A DNA stretch of 64,000 bases from Eledone cirrhosa (GCA_964016885.1 OZ024749.1:9672001-9736000); one strand, 5' to 3'; counted from the stretch's first letter, positions 13,093-28,900 are shown. Notes: generated from the letters alone by a model not told the origin. Numbers and translations are program-made.

Positions 13093-13237
13093 AAGGTATG
13101 ACCCCGACGGCAGAGCTCAAACCGTTTCGACGGCTATTTCTGGGCTAAATTAGAATTTTTAGCCTGGCTAAAAATTCTAATTTAGTCCAGAAATAGCCGT
13201 CGAAACGGCTTGAGCTCTGCCGTCGGGGTCATACCTT
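13093..13237. repeat. 145-bp near-perfect palindrome (fold-back cassette)
   Basis: 72-bp arms, 1-nt centre at 13165, 2 mismatches seen; each arm carries GAAACGG(T/C)TT; left tail has GAGTACTC; TA runs on both sides. Confidence 0.9.
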
Positions 13238-13369
13238 GTCCTATATGTATATATATATTTGTGTGTGTATAACAAGTGTGTTGAACATTCTCTTGATATA
13301 TAAAGATATTTTTTTTAAACCATTATCTTCCACAACTTTATATAATGTTTTAAACCATTTCAATCTCTA

Positions 13370-13655
13370 CTCTCTCCCTTCCTCCCTCCTCCTCTCTCTC
13401 GCTCTCCCTCTCTCTACCTCCTCTTTCTCTCTCCTTAAAATGTCCCTCTCTCTCTCCTCCTCCCTCACTCTCTCTCAACTCCCTCTTTCACCCTCTTTCT
13501 CCTCCTCTCTCACCCCCCTCTCTCACCCTCTCCCTCACTCTCCTCCTCCCTCACTCTCTCAATCCACTCGCTCTCACCCCTCTCTCACTCTCTCTCTCCT
13601 CCTCCTCCCTCACTCTCTCACCCTCTCACCCCCTCTCTCTCACCCTCTCACCCAG
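13370..13655. repeat. CT-rich polypyrimidine low-complexity tract
   Basis: Direct inspection. Confidence 0.9.
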
Positions 13656-13994
13656 ATATTCCCCCAACTTTCCTCTCTTCTAATCTTATTCTCCAGTAAT
13701 TAACTGCCTCACATTACTTCATCTCCACCCAACTTTAATATATTATTCCTGCCAATGGTTTCATCTCTCTCACTTATATCAGAAATGAAAGATTCACAAC
13801 ACTGACTTTCATAATTGATAAATTCCTTTACCAAAATATTCTCTCAGCTTTGTCAAAATTATCTGTGGACAATGTTGTTGTTGCTGTTATGATGTTGTTG
13901 TTTTAATTACAGGATATTTTAGGGGGTGGAGGGGGGTAGGGGGGGTTTACTTTTGAAAATTCTAGAATCAAAAAGTCAAAGGACAGTGAAAGAT

Positions 13995-16900
13995 TATAGT
14001 AAGACTGTGTAGGGTACAGTAAGACTGTGTAGGGTACAGTAAGACTGTGTAGGGTACAGTAACACTGTGTAGGGTATAGTAACACTGTGTAGGGTACAGT
14101 AACACTGTGTAGAGTATAGTAACACTGCGTAGAGTATAGTAACACTGTGTAGGGTGTAGTAAAATTGTGTAGGGTACAGTAACACTGTGTAGGGTACAGT
14201 AAGACTGTGTAGGGTATAATAAGACTGTGTAGGGTACAGTAAGACTGTGTAGGGTATAGTAAGACTGTGTAGGGTATAGTAAGACTGTGTAGGCTACAGT
14301 AAGACTCTGTAGGGTATAGTAACACTGTGTAGGGTACAGTAAGACTGTGTAGGGTATAGTAACACTGTGTAGGGTATAGTAACACTGTGTAGGGTATAGT
14401 AACACTGTGTAGGGTATAGTAACACTGTGTAGTGTATAGTAACACTGTGTGGGGTACAGTAAGACTGTGTTGGGTACAGTAAGACTGTGTAGGGTATAGT
14501 AACACGGTGTAGGGTACAGTAAGACAGTGTAGGGTACAGTAAGACTGTGTAGGGTATAGTAAGACTGTGTAGGGTACAGTAAGACTGTGTAGGGTATAGT
14601 AAGACTGTGTAGGGTACAGAAAGACTGTGTAGGGTACAGTAAGACTGTGTGGGGTACAGTAAGACTTGTAGGGTATAGTAAGACTGTGTAGGGTACAGTA
14701 AGACTGTGCAGGGTATAGTCAGACTGTATAGGGTATAGTAACACTATGTAGGGTAGAGTAACACTGTGTAGGGTACAGTAAGACTGTGTAGGGTGCAGTA
14801 AGACTGTGTAGGGTATAGTAACACTGTGTAGGGTACAGTAACACTGTGTAGGGTACAGTAAGACTGTGTAGGGTACAGTAAGACTGTGTAGGGTATAGTA
14901 ACACTGTGTAGGGTATAGTAACACTGTGTAGGGTATAGTAACACTGTGTAGGGTATAGTAACACTGTGTAGAGTATAGTAAGACTGTGTAGGGTACAGTA
15001 ACACTGTGTAGGGTATAGTAACACTTTGTAGGGTATAGTAACATTGTGTGGGGTATAGTAAGACTGTGTAGGGTATAGTAAAACTGTGTAGAGTATAGTA
15101 AGACTGTGTAGGGTACAGTAAGTCTGTGTAGGGTATAGTAAGACTGTGTAGGGTACAGTAACACTGTGTAGGGAATAGTAACACTGTGTAGGGTATAGTA
15201 ACACTGTGTAGGGTATAGTAACACTGTGTGGGGTATAGTAAGACTGTGTAGGGTACAGTAACACTGTGTAGGGTATAGTAACACTGTGTAGGGTACAGTA
15301 ACACTGCGTAGAGTATAATAACACTATGTAGGGTGTAGTAAAATTGTGTAGGGTACAGTAACACTGTGTAGGGTACAGTAAGATTGTATAGGGTATAGTA
15401 AGACTGTGTATGGTATAGTAACACTATGATAGTAAGACTGTGTAGGGTGTAGTAAGACTGTGTAGGGTACAGTAAGACTGTGTAGGGTATAGTAACACTG
15501 TATAGGGTATAGTAACACTGTGTAGGGTACAGTAAGACTGTGTAGGGTATAGTAACACTGTGTAGGGTACAGTAAGACTGTGTAGGGTACAGTAAGACTG
15601 TGTAGGGTATAGTAAGACTGTGTAGGGTATAGTAAGACTGTGTAGGGTACAGTAAGACTGTGTAGGGTATAGTAACACTGTGTAGGGTACAGTAAGACTG
15701 TGTAGGGTATAGTAACACTGTGTAGAGTACAGTAATACTGTGTAGGGTACAGTAACACTGTGTAGGGTATAGTAAGACTATGTAGGGTATAGTAACACTG
15801 TGTAGGGTATAGTAACACAGTGTAGAGTATAGTAAGACTGTGTAGGGTATAGTAAGACTGTGTAGGGTATAGTAAGAATGAGTAGGGTACAGTAAGACTG
15901 TGTAGGGTACAGTAAGACTGTGTAGGGTACAGTAAGAATGTGTAGGGTATAGTAACACTGTGTAGGGTATAGTAACACTGTGTAGGATACAGTAAGACTG
16001 TGTCGGGTACAGTAAAACTGTGTAGGGTACAGTAAGACTGTGTAGGGTACAGTAACACTGTGTAGGGTATAATAAGACTGTGTAGGGTACAGTAAGACTG
16101 TGTAGGGTATAGTAAGACTGTGTAGGGTATAGTAACACTGTGATAGTAAGACTGTGTAGGGTGTAGTAAGACTGTGTAGGGTACAGTTAGACTGTGTAGG
16201 GTATAGTAAGACTGTGTAGGGTATAGTAAGACTGTGTAGGCTACAGTAAGACTGTGTAGGGTATAGTAACACTGTGTAGGGTACAGTAAGACAGTGTAGG
16301 GTATAGTAACACTGTGTAGGGTATAGTAACACTGTGTAGGGTATAGTAACACTGTGTAGGGTATAGTAACACTGTGTAGGGTATAGTAACACTGTGTAGT
16401 GTATAGTAACACTGTGTGGGGTACAGTAAGACTGTGTTGGGTACAGTAAGACTGTATAGGGTATAGTAACACTGTGTAGGGTACAGTAAAACTGTGTAGG
16501 GTATAGTAACACGGTGTAGGGTACAGTAAGACTGTGTAGGGTACAGTAAGACAGTGTAGGGTACAGTAAGACTGTGTAGGGTATAGTAAGACTGTGTAGG
16601 GTACAGTAAGACTGTGTAGGGTATAGTAAGACTGTGTAGGGTACAGAAAGACTGTGTAGGGTACAGTAAGACTGTGTGGGGTACAGTAAGACTTGTAGGG
16701 TATAGTAAGACTGTGTAGGGTACAGTAAGACTGTGCAGGGTATAGTCAGACTGTATAGGGTATAGTAACACTATGTAGGGTAGAGTAACACTGTGTAGGG
16801 TACAGTAAGACTGTGTAGGGTGCAGTAAGACTGTGTAGGGTATAGTAACACTGTGTAGGGTACAGTAACACTGTGTAGGGTACAGTAACACTGTGTAGGG

Positions 16901-19900
16901 TACAGTAAGACTGTGTAGGGTATAGTAACACTGTGTAGGGTATAGTAACACTGTGTAGGGTATAGTAACACTGTGTAGAGTATAGTAAGACTGTGTAGGG
17001 TACAGTAACACTGTGTAGGGTATAGTAACACTTTGTAGGGTATAGTAACATTGTGTGGGGTATAGTAAGACTGTGTAGGGTATAGTAAAACTGTGTAGAG
17101 TAGAGTAAGACTGTGTAGGGTACAGTAAGTCTGTGTAGGGTATAGTAAGACTGTGTAGGGTACAGTAACACTGTGTAGGGAATAGTAACACTGTGTAGGG
17201 TATAGTAACACTGTGTAGGGTATAGTAACACTGTGTGGGGTATAGTAAGACTGTGTAGGGTACAGTAACACTGTGTAGGGTATAGTAACACTGTGTAGGG
17301 TACAGTAACACTGCGTAGAGTATAATAACACTGTGTAGGGTGTAGTAAAATTGTGTAGGGTACAGTAACACTGTGTAGGGTACAGTAAGATTGTATAGGG
17401 TATAGTAAGACTGTGTATGGTATAGTAACACTATGATAGTAAGACTGTGTAGGGTGTAATAAGACTGTGTAGGGTACAGTAAGACTGTGTAGGGTATAGT
17501 AACACTGTATAGGGTATAGTAACACTGTGTAGGGTACAGTAAGACTGTGTAGGGTATAGTAACACTGTGTAGGGTACAGTAAGACTGTGTAGGGTACAGT
17601 AAGACTGTGTAGGGTATAGTAAGACTGTGTAGGGTATAGTAAGACTGTGTAGGGTACAGTAAGACTGTGTAGGGTATAGTAACACTGTGTAGGGTACAGT
17701 AAGACTGTGTAGGGTACAGTAAGACTGTGTAGGGTATAGTAACACTGTGTAGAGTACAGTAACACTGTGTAGGGTACAGTAACACTGTGTAGGGTATAGT
17801 AAGACTATGTAGGGTATAGTAACACTGTGTGGGGTATAGTAACACAGTGTAGAGTATAGTAAGACTGTGTAGGGTATAGTAAGACTGTGTAGGGTATAGT
17901 AAGAATGAGTAGGGTACAGTAAGACTGTGTAGGGTACAGTAAGACTGTGTAGGGTATAGTAACACTGTGTAGGGTATAGTAAGACTGTGTAGGGTACAGT
18001 AAGACTGTGTAGGGTGCAGTAAGACTGTGTAGGGTATAGTAACACTGTGTAGGGTACAGTAAAACTGTGTAGGGTACAGTAAGACTGTGTAGGGTACAGT
18101 AAGACTGTGTAGGGTATAGTAACACTGTGTAGGGTATAGTAACACTGTGTAGGATACAGTAAGACTGTGTCGGGTACAGTAAAACTGTGTAGGGTACAGT
18201 AAGACTGTGTAGGGTACAGTAAGACTGTGTAGGGTATAGTAACACTGTGTAGGGTATAGTAACACTGTGTAGGGTATAGTAACACTGTGTAGGGTATAGT
18301 AACACTGTGTAGGAGTATAGTAACACTGTGTAGTGTATAGTAACACTGTGTGGGGTACAGTAAGTCTGTGTAGGGTACAGGAAGACTGTAGAGGGTATAG
18401 TAACACTGTGTAGGGTACAGTAAGACTGTGTAGGGTATAGTAACACTGTGTAGGGTACAGTAAGACTGTGTAGGGTACAGTAAGACTGTGTAGGGTACAG
18501 TAAGACTGTGTAGGGTATAGTAAGACTGTGTAGGGTATAGTAACACTGTGTAGGGTATAGTAATACTGTGTAGGGTACAGTAAGACTGTGTGGGGTATAG
18601 TAACACTGTGTAGGGTATAGTAACACTGTGTAGGGTATAGTAACACTGTGTAGGGTATAGTAACACTGTGTAGGGTATAGTAACACTGTGTAGGGTACAG
18701 TAACACTATGTAGGGTACAGTAACACTGTGTAGGGTACAGTAACACTGTGTAGGGTACAGTAAGACTGTGTAGGGTATAGTAACACTCTGTAGTGTAATG
18801 TAACACTGTGTAGGGTACAGTAAGACTGTGTAGGGTATAGTAAGACTGTGTAGGGTATAATAACACTGTGTAGGGTACAGTAAGATTGTGTAGGGTATAG
18901 TAAGACTGTGTATGGTATAGTAACACTATGATAGTAAGACTGTGTAGGGTGTAGTAAGACTGTGTAGGGTACAGTAAGACTGTGTAGGGTACAGTAACAC
19001 TGTGTAGGGTACAGTAAGACTGTGTAGGGTACAGTATCACTGTGTAGGGTACAGTAAGACTGTGTAGGGTACAGTAACACTGTGTAGGGTACAGTAGCAC
19101 TGTGTAGGGTATAGTAACACTGTGTAGGGTATAGTAACACTGTGTAGGGTATAGTAATACTGTGTAGGGTATAGTAACACTGTGTAGGGTACAGTAAGAC
19201 TGTGTAGGGTATAGTAACACTGTGTAGGGTATAGTAAGACTCTGTAGGGTACCGTAACACTGTGTAGGGTATAGTAACACTCTGTAGGGTATAGTAACAC
19301 TGTGTAGGGTACAGTAACACTGTGTAGGGTACAGTAAGACTGTGTAGGGTATAGTAACACTGTGTAGGGTACAGTAACACTGTGTAGGGTACAGTAAGAC
19401 TGTGTAGGGTACAGTAAGACTGTGTAGGGTATAGTAACACTGTGTAGGGTATAGTAACACTGTGTAGGGTATAGTAAGACTGTGTAGGGTACAGTAAGAC
19501 TGTGTAGGGTATAGTAACACTGTGTAGGGTATAGTAACACTGTGTAGGGTACAGTAACACTGTGTAGGGTATAGTAACACTGTGTAGGGTATAGTAACAC
19601 TGTGTAGGGTATAGTAACACTGTGTGGGGTATAGTAAGACTGTGTAGGGTATAGTAATACTGTGTAGAGTATAGTAAGAATGTGTAGGATACAGTCAGAC
19701 TATGTAGTGTACAGTAACACTGTGTAGGGTATAGTAAGACTGTGTAGGGTATAGTAACACTGTGTAGGGTATAGTAACACAGTGTAGGGTATAGTAAGAC
19801 TGTGTAGGGTACAGTAACACTGTGTAGGGTACAGTAAGACTGTGTAGGGTACAGTAAGACTGTGTAGGGTATAGTAACACTGTGTAGGGTATAGTAACAC

Positions 19901-22900
19901 TGTGTAGGGTATATTAACACTGTGTAGAGTATAGTAACACTGTGTAGGTTATAGTAACACTGTGTAGTGTATAGTAACACTGTGTGGGGTACAGTAAGTC
20001 TGTGTACGGTACAGTAAGACTGTATAGGGTATAGTAACACTGTGTAGGGTATAGTAATACTCTACACAGTGTGAATGTGTAGGGTATAGTAACACTGTGT
20101 AGGGTATAGTAAGACTTGTAGGGTATAGTAACACTGTGTAGGGTATAGTAACACTGTGTAGGGTACAGTAAGACTGTGTAGGGTATAGTAACACTGTGTA
20201 GGGTATAGTAACACTGTGTAGGGTATAGTAACACTGTGTAGAGTATAGTAACACTGTGTAGGGTACAGTAACACTGTGTAGGGTACAGTAACACTGTGTA
20301 GGGTACAGTAAGACTGTGTAGGGTATAGTAAGAATGAGTAGGGTACAGTAAGACTGTGTAGGGTATAGTAACACTGTGTAGGGTATAGTAAGACTGTGTA
20401 GGGTACAGTAAGACTGTGTAGGGTACAGTAAGACTGTGTAGGGTATAGTAACACTGTGTAGGGTATAGTAACACTGTGTAGGGTATAGTAACACTGTGTA
20501 GGGTACAGTAACACTGTGTAGGGTATAGTAAGACTGTGTAGGGTATAGTAACACTGTGTAGGGTATAGTAACACAGTGTAGAGTATAGTAAGACTGTGTA
20601 GGGTATAGTAAGACTGTGTAGGGTATAGTAAGAATGAGTAGGGTACAATAAGATTGTGTAGGGTATAGTAACACTGTGTAGGGTATAGTAAGACTGTGTA
20701 GGGTACAGTAAGACTGTGTAGGGTACAGTAAGACTGTGTAGGGTATAGTAACACTGTGTAGGGTATATTAACACACTGTAGAGTATAGTAACACTGTGTA
20801 GGTTATAGTAACACTGTGTAGTGTATAGTAACACTGTGTGGGGTACAGTAAGTCTGTGTACGGTACAGTAAGACTGTATAGGGTATAGTAACACTGTAGG
20901 GTATAGTAATACTGTGTAGGGTACAGTAAGACTGTGTAGGGTATAGTAACACTGTGTAGGGTATAGTAAGACTTGTAGGGTATAGTAACACTGTGTAGGG
21001 TATAGTAATACTGTGTAGGGTACAGTAAGACTGTGTAGGGTATAGTAACACTGTGTAGGGTATAGTAACACTGTGTAGGGTATAGTAACACTGTGTAGGG
21101 TACAGTAACACTGTGTAGGGTACAGTAACACTGTGTAGGGTACAGTAAGACTGTGTAGGGTATAGTAACACTGTGTAGGTTATAGTTAGACTGTGTAGGG
21201 TACAGTAAGACTGTGTAGGGTACAGTAACACTGTGTAGGGTACAGTAAGACTGTGTAGGGTATAGTAACACTGTGTAGGGTACAGAACACTGTGTAGGGT
21301 ACAGTAAGATTGTGTAGGGTATAGTAAGACTGTGTAGCGTACAGTAAGACTGTGTAGGGTATAGTAACACTGTGTAGGGTACAGTAACACTGTGTAGGGT
21401 ACAGTAAGACTGTGTAGGGTATAGTAACACTGTGTAGGGTACAGTAACACTGGGTAGGGTACAGTAAGACTGTGTAGGGTATAGTAAGACTGTGTAGGGT
21501 ATAGTAACACTGTGTAGGGTACAGTAACACTGTGTAGGGTACAGTAAGACTGTGTAGGCTACAGTAACACTGTGTAGGGTACAGTAACACTGTGTAGGGT
21601 ACAGTAATACTGTGTAGGGTATAGTAACACTGTGTAGGGTATAGTAACATTGTGTAGAGTATAGTAAGACTGTGTAGGGTACAGTAACACTGTGTAGGGT
21701 ACAGTAAGACTGTGTAGGGTATAGTAACACTGTGTAGGGTACAGTAACACTGTGTAGGGTACAGTAAAACTGTGTAGGGTATAGTAACACTGTGTAGGGT
21801 ACAGTAAGACTGTGTAGGGTATAGTAACACTGTGTAGGGTATAGTAACACTGTGTAGGGTATAGTAACACTGTGTAGGGTATAGTAACACTGTGTAGGGT
21901 ACAGTAAGACTGTGTAGGGTATAGTAACACTGTGTAGGGTATAGTAAGACTCTGTAGGGTACCGTAACACTGTGTAGGGTATAGTAACACTCTGTAGGGT
22001 ATAGTAACACTGTGTAGGGTATAGTAACACTGTGTAGGGTATAGTAACACTGTGTAGGGTATAGTAACACTGTGTAGGGTACAGTAAGACTGTGTAGGGT
22101 ATAGTAAGACTGTGTAGGGTATAGTAAGACTGTGTAGGGTATAGTAACACTGTGTAGGGTATAGTAAGACTGTGTAGGGTGCAGTAAGACTGTGTAGGGT
22201 ACAGTAAGACTGTGTAGGGTATAGTAACACTGTGTAGGGTACAGTAACACTGTGTAGGGTAAAGTAAGACTGTGTAGGTTACAGTAACTCTGTGTAGGGT
22301 ACAGTAATACTGTGTAGGGTACAGTAACACTGTGTAGGGTACAGTAACACTGTGTAGGGTATAGTAACACTGTGTGGGGTACAGTAAGTCTGTGTACGGT
22401 ACAGTAAGACTGTATAGGGTATAGTAACACTGTAGGGTATAGTAATACTGTGTAGGGTACAGTAAGACTGTGTAGGGTATAGTAACACTGTGTAGGGTAT
22501 AGTAAGACTTGTAGGGTATAGTAACACTGTGTAGGGTATAGTAATACTGTGTAGGGTACAGTAAGACTGTGTAGGGTATAGTAACACTGTGTAGGGTATA
22601 GTAACACTGTGTAGGGTATAGTAACACTGTGTAGGGTACAGTAACACTGTGTAGGGTACAGTAACACTGTGTAGGGTACAGTAAGACTGTGTAGGGTATA
22701 GTAACACTGTGTAGGTTATAGTTAGACTGTGTAGGGTACAGTAAGACTGTGTAGGGTACAGTAACACTGTGTAGGGTATAGTAAGACTGTGTAGGGTATA
22801 GTAACACTGTGTAGGGTACAGAACACTGTGTAGGGTACAGTAAGATTGTGTAGGGTATAGTAAGACTGTGTAGCGTACAGTAAGACTGTGTAGGGTATAG

Positions 22901-25900
22901 TAACACTGTGTAGGGTACAGTAACACTGTGTAGGGTACAGTAAGACTGTGTAGGGTATAGTAACACTGTGTAGGGTACAGTAACACTGGGTAGGGTACAG
23001 TAAGACTGTGTAGGGTATAGTAAGACTGTGTAGGGTATAGTAACACTGTGTAGGGTACAGTAACACTGTGTAGGGTACAGTAAGACTGTGTAGGGTACAG
23101 TAACACTGTGTAGGGTACAGTAACACTGTGTAAGGTACAGTAACACTGTGTAGGGTATAGTAACACTGTGTAGGGTATAGTAACACTGTGTAGGGTATAG
23201 TAACACTGTGTAGGGTATAGTAACATTGTGTAGAGTATAGTAAGACTGTGTAGGGTACAGTAACACTGTGTAGGGTACAGTAACACTGTGTAGGGTACAG
23301 TAAGACTGTGTAGGGTATGTTAACACTGTGTAGGGTACAGTAACACTGTGTAGGGTACAGTAAAACTGTGTAGGGTATAGTAACACTGTGTAGGGTACAG
23401 TAAGACTGTGTAGGGTATAGTAACACTGTGTAGGGTATAGTAACACTGTGTAGGGTATAGTAATACTGTGTAGGGTATAGTAACACTGTGTAGGGTACAG
23501 TAAGACTGTGTAGGGTATAGTAACACTGTGTAGGGTATAGTAAGACTCTGTAGGGTACCGTAACACTGTGTAGGGTATAGTAACACTCTGTAGGGTATAG
23601 TAACACTGTGTAGGGTATAGTAACACTGTGTAGGGTATAGTAACACTGTGTAGGGTATAGTAACACTGTGTAGGGTACAGTAAGACTGTGTAGGGTATAG
23701 TAAGACTGTGTAGAGTATAGTAAGACTGTGTAGGGTATAGTAACACTGTGTAGGGTATAGTAAGACTGTGTAGGGTGCAGTAAGACTGTGTAGGGTACAG
23801 TAAGACTGTGTAGGGTATAGTAACACTGTGTAGGGTACAGTAACACTGTGTAGGGTAAAGTAAGACTGTGTAGGGTACAGTAACACTGTGTAGGGTACAG
23901 TAACACTGTGTAGGGTACAGTAACACTGTGTAGGGTACAGTAACACTGTGTAGGGTACAGTAACACTGTGTAGGGTATAGTAACACTGTGTAGGGTATAG
24001 TAACACTGTGTAGGGTATAGTAACACTGTGTAGGGTACAGTAACACTGTGTAGGGTACAGTCAGACTCTGTAGAGTATAGTAACACTGTGTAGGGTACAG
24101 TAACACTGTGTAGGGTACAGTAACACTGTGTAGGGTATAGTAACACTGTGTAGGGTACAGTAACACTGTGTAGGGTACAGTAAGACTGTGTAGGGTATAG
24201 TAACACTGTGTAGGGTATAGTAAGACTGTGTAGGGTATAGTAACACTGTGTAGGATATAGTAACACTGTGTAGGGTACAGTAACACTGTGTAGGGTATAG
24301 TAACACTGTGTAGGGTATAGTAACACTGTGTAGGGTACAGTAACACTGTGTAGGGTATTTTAACACTCTGTAGGGTATAGTAACACTGTGTAGGGTATAG
24401 TAACACTGTGTAGGGTATAGTAACACTGTGTAGGGTATAGTAACACTGTGTAGGGTACAGTAAGACTGTGTGGGGTACAGTAAGACTTGTAGGGTATAGT
24501 AAGACTGTGTAGGGTACAGTAAGACTGTGTAGGGTATAGTAAGACTGTATAGGGTATAGTAACACTATGTAGGGTATAGTAACACTGTGTAGGGTACAGT
24601 AAGACTGTGTAGGGTACAGTAAGACTGTGTAGGGTATAGTAAGAATGAGTAGGGTACAGTAAGACTGTGTAGGGTATAGTAACACTGTGTAGGGTATAGT
24701 AAGACTGTGTAGGGTACAGTAAGACTGTGTAGGGTACAGTAAGACTGTGTAGGGTATAGTAACACTGTGTAGGGTATAGTAACACTGTGTAGGGTATAGT
24801 AACACTGTGTAGGGTATAGTAACACGGTGTGGGGTATAGTAAGACTGTGTAGTGTATAGTAACACTGTGTAGAGTATAGTAAGAATGTGTAGGATACAGT
24901 CAGACTATGTAGGGTACAGTAAGACTGTGTAGGGTACAGTAACACTGTGTAGGGTATAGTAACACTGTGTAGGGTACAGTAACACTGTGTAGGGTATAGT
25001 AAGACTGTGTAGGGTATAGTAACACTGTGTAGGGTATAGTAACACAGTGTAGAGTATAGTAACACTGTGTAGGGTATAGTAAGACTGTGTAGGGTATAGT
25101 AAGAATGAGTAGGGTACAGTAAGACTGTGTAGGGTATAGTAACACTGTGTAGTGTATAGTAAGACTGTGTAGGGTACAGTAAGACTGTGTAGGGTACAGT
25201 AAGACTGTGTAGGGTATAGTAACACTGTGTACGGTATATTAACACTGTGTAGAGTATAGTAACACTGTGTAGGTTATAGTAACACTGTGTAGTGTATAGT
25301 AACACTGTGTGGGGTACAGTAAGTCTGTGTACGGTACAGTAAGACTGTATAGGGTATAGTAACACTGTAGGGTATAGTAATACTGTGTAGGGTACAGTAA
25401 GACTGTGTAGGGTATAGTAACACTGTGTAGGGTATAGTAAGACTTGTAGGGTATAGTAACACTGTGTAGGGTATAGTAATACTGTGTAGGGTACAGTAAG
25501 ACTGTGTAGGGTATAGTAACACTGTGTAGGGTATAGTAACACTGTGTAGGGTATAGTAACACTGTGTAGGGTACAGTAACACTGTGTAGGGTACACTAAC
25601 ACTGTGTAGGGTACAGTAAGACTGTGTAGGGTATAGTAACACTGTGTAGGTTATAGTTAGACTGTGTAGGGTACAGTAAGACTGTGTAGGGTACAGTAAG
25701 ACTGTGTAGGGTATAGTAACACTGTGTAGGGTACAGAACACTGTGTAGGGTACAGTAAGATTGTGTAGGGTATAGTAAGACTGTGTAGCGTACAGTAAGA
25801 CTGTGTAGGGTATAGTAACACTGTGTAGGGTACAGTAAGACTGTGTAGGGTATAGTAACACTGTGTAGGGTACAGTAACACTGGGTAGGGTACAGTAAGA

Positions 25901-28900
25901 CTGTGTAGGGTATAGTAAGACTGTGTAGGGTATAGTAACACTGTGTAGGGTACAGTAACACTGTGTAGGGTACAGTAAGACTGTGTAGGCTACAGTAACA
26001 CTGTGTAGGGTACAGTAACACTGTGTAGGGTACAGTAACACTGTGTAGGGTACAGTAACACTGTGTAGGGTACAGTAACACTGTGTAGGGTATAGTAACA
26101 CTGTGTAGGGTATAGTAACACTGTGTAGGGTATAGTAACACTGTGTAGGGTATAGTAACATTGTGTAGAGTATAGTAAGACTGTGTAGGGTACAGTAACA
26201 CTGTGTAGGGTACAGTAACACTGTGTAGGGTACAGTAAGACTGTGTAGGGTGTAGTAACACTGTGTAGGGTACAGTAACACTGTGTAGGGTACAGTAAAA
26301 CTGTGTAGGGTATAGTAACACTGTGTAGGGTACAGTAAGACTGTGTAGGGTATAGTAACACTGTGTAGGGTATAGTAACACTGTGTAGGGTATAGTAACA
26401 CTGTGTAGGGTATAGTAACACTGTGTAGGGTACAGTAAGACTGTGTAGGGTATAGTAACACTGTGTAGGGTATAGTAAGACTCTGTAGGGTACCGTAACA
26501 CTGTGTAGGGTATAGTAACACTCTGTAAGGTATAGTAACACTGTGTAGGGTATAGTAACACTGTGTAGGGTATAGTAACACTGTGTAGGGTATAGTAACA
26601 CTGTGTAGGGTACAGTAAGACTGTGTAGGGTATAGTAAGACTGTGTAGGGTATAGTAAGACTGTGTAGGGTATAGTAACACTGTGTAGGGTATAGTAAGA
26701 CTGTGTAGGGTGCAGTAAGACTGTGTAGGGTACAGTAAGACTGTGTAGGGTATAGTAACACTGTGTAGGTACAGTAACACTGTGTAGGGTAAAGTAAGAC
26801 TGTGTAGGGTACAGTAACACTGTGTAGGGTACAGTAACACTGTGTAGGGTACAGTAACACTGTGTAGGGTACAGTAACACTGTGTAGGGTACAGTAACAC
26901 TGTGTAGGGTATAGTAACACTGTGTAGGGTATAGTAACACTGTGTAGGGTATAGTAACACTGTGTAGGGTACAGTAACACTGTGTAGGGTACAGTAAGAC
27001 TCTGTAGGGTATAGTAACACTGTGTAGGGTACAGTAACACTGTGTAGGGTACAGTAAGACTGTGTAGGGTATAGTAACACTGTGTAGGGTACAGTAACAC
27101 TGTGTAGGGTACAGTAAGACTGTAGGGTATAGTAACACTGTGTAGGGTATAGTAAGACTGTGTAGGGTATAGTAACACTGTGTAGGGTATAGTAACACTG
27201 TGTAGGGTACAGTAAGACTGTGTAGGGTATAGTAAGACTGTGTAGGGTATAGTAACACTGTGTAGGGTATAGTAACACTGTGTAGGGTATAGTAACACTG
27301 TGTAGGGTACAGTAACACTGTGTAGGGTATTTTAACACTCTGTAGGGTATAGTAACACTGTGTAGGGTATAGTAACACTGTGTAGGGTATAGTAACACTG
27401 TGTAGGGTATAGTAACACTGTGTAGGGTACAGTAAGACTGTGTAGGGTATAGTAAGACTGTGTAGGGTATAGTAACACTGTGTAGGGTATAGTAACACTG
27501 TGTAGGGTATAGTAACACTGTGTAGGGTACAGTAAGACTGTGTGGGGTACAGTAAGACTTGTAGGGTATAGTAAGACTGTGTAGGGTACAGTAAGACTGT
27601 GTAGGGTATAGTAAGACTGTATAGGGTATAGTAACACTATGTAGGGTATAGTAACACTGTGTAGGGTACAGTAAGACTGTGTAGGGTGCAGTAAGACTGT
27701 GTAGGGTATAGTAACACTGTGTAGGGTACAGTAACGCTGTGTAGGGTACAGTAAGACTGTGTAGGGTACAGTAAGACTGTGTAGGGTATAGTAACACTGT
27801 GTAGGGTATAGTAACACTGTGTAGGGTATAGTAACACTGTGTAGAGTATTGTAAGACTGTGTAGGGTACAGTAACACTGTGTAGGGTATAGTAACACTGT
27901 GTAGAGTATAGTAAGAATGTGTAGGATACAGTCAGACTATGTGGGGTACAGTAACACTGTGTAGGGTGCAGTAACACTGTGTAGGGTACAGTAAGACTGT
28001 GTAGGGTAGAGTAAGACTGTGTAGGGTACAGTAACACTGTGTAGGGTACAGTAACACTGTGTAGGGTATAGTAACACTGTGTAGGGTATAGTAAGACTGT
28101 GTAGGGTATAGTAACACTGTGTAGGGTATAGTAACACTGTGTAGGGTATAGTAACACTGTGTAGGGTATAGTAAGACTGTGTAGGGTATAGTAAGACTGT
28201 GTAGGGTATAGTAACACTGTGTAGGGTATAGTAACACTGTGAAGGGTATAGTAACACTGTGTAGGGTATAGTAACACTGTGTAGGGTATAGTAACACTGT
28301 GTAGGGTACAGTAAGACTGTGTAGGGTACAGTAACACTGTGTAGGGTATAGTAACACTGTGTAGGGTATAGTAACACTGTGTAGGGTATAGTAACACTGT
28401 GTAGGGTATAGTAAGACTGTGTAGGGTATAGTAAGACTGTGTAGGGTATAGTAACACTGTGAAGGGTATAGTAACACTGTGAAGGGTATAGTAACACTGT
28501 GTAGGGTATAGTAACACTGTGTAGGGTATAGTAACACTGTGTAGGGTACAGTAAGACTGTGTAGGGTACAGTAACACTGTGTAGGGTATAGTAACACTGT
28601 GTAGGGTATAGTAACACTGTGTAGGGTATAGTAACACTGTGTAGGGTATAGTAACACTGTGTAGGGTACAGTAAGACTGTGTAGGGTACAGTAACACTGT
28701 GTAGGGTATAGTAACACTGTGTAGGGTACAGTAACACTGTGTAGGGTATAGTAACACTGTGTAGGGTATAGTAAGACTGTGTAGGGTACAGTAACACTGT
28801 GTAGGGTATAGTAACACTGTGTAGGGTATAGTAACACTGTGTAGGGTATAGTAACACTGTGTAGGGTATAGTAACACTGTGTAGGGTATAGTAACACTGT

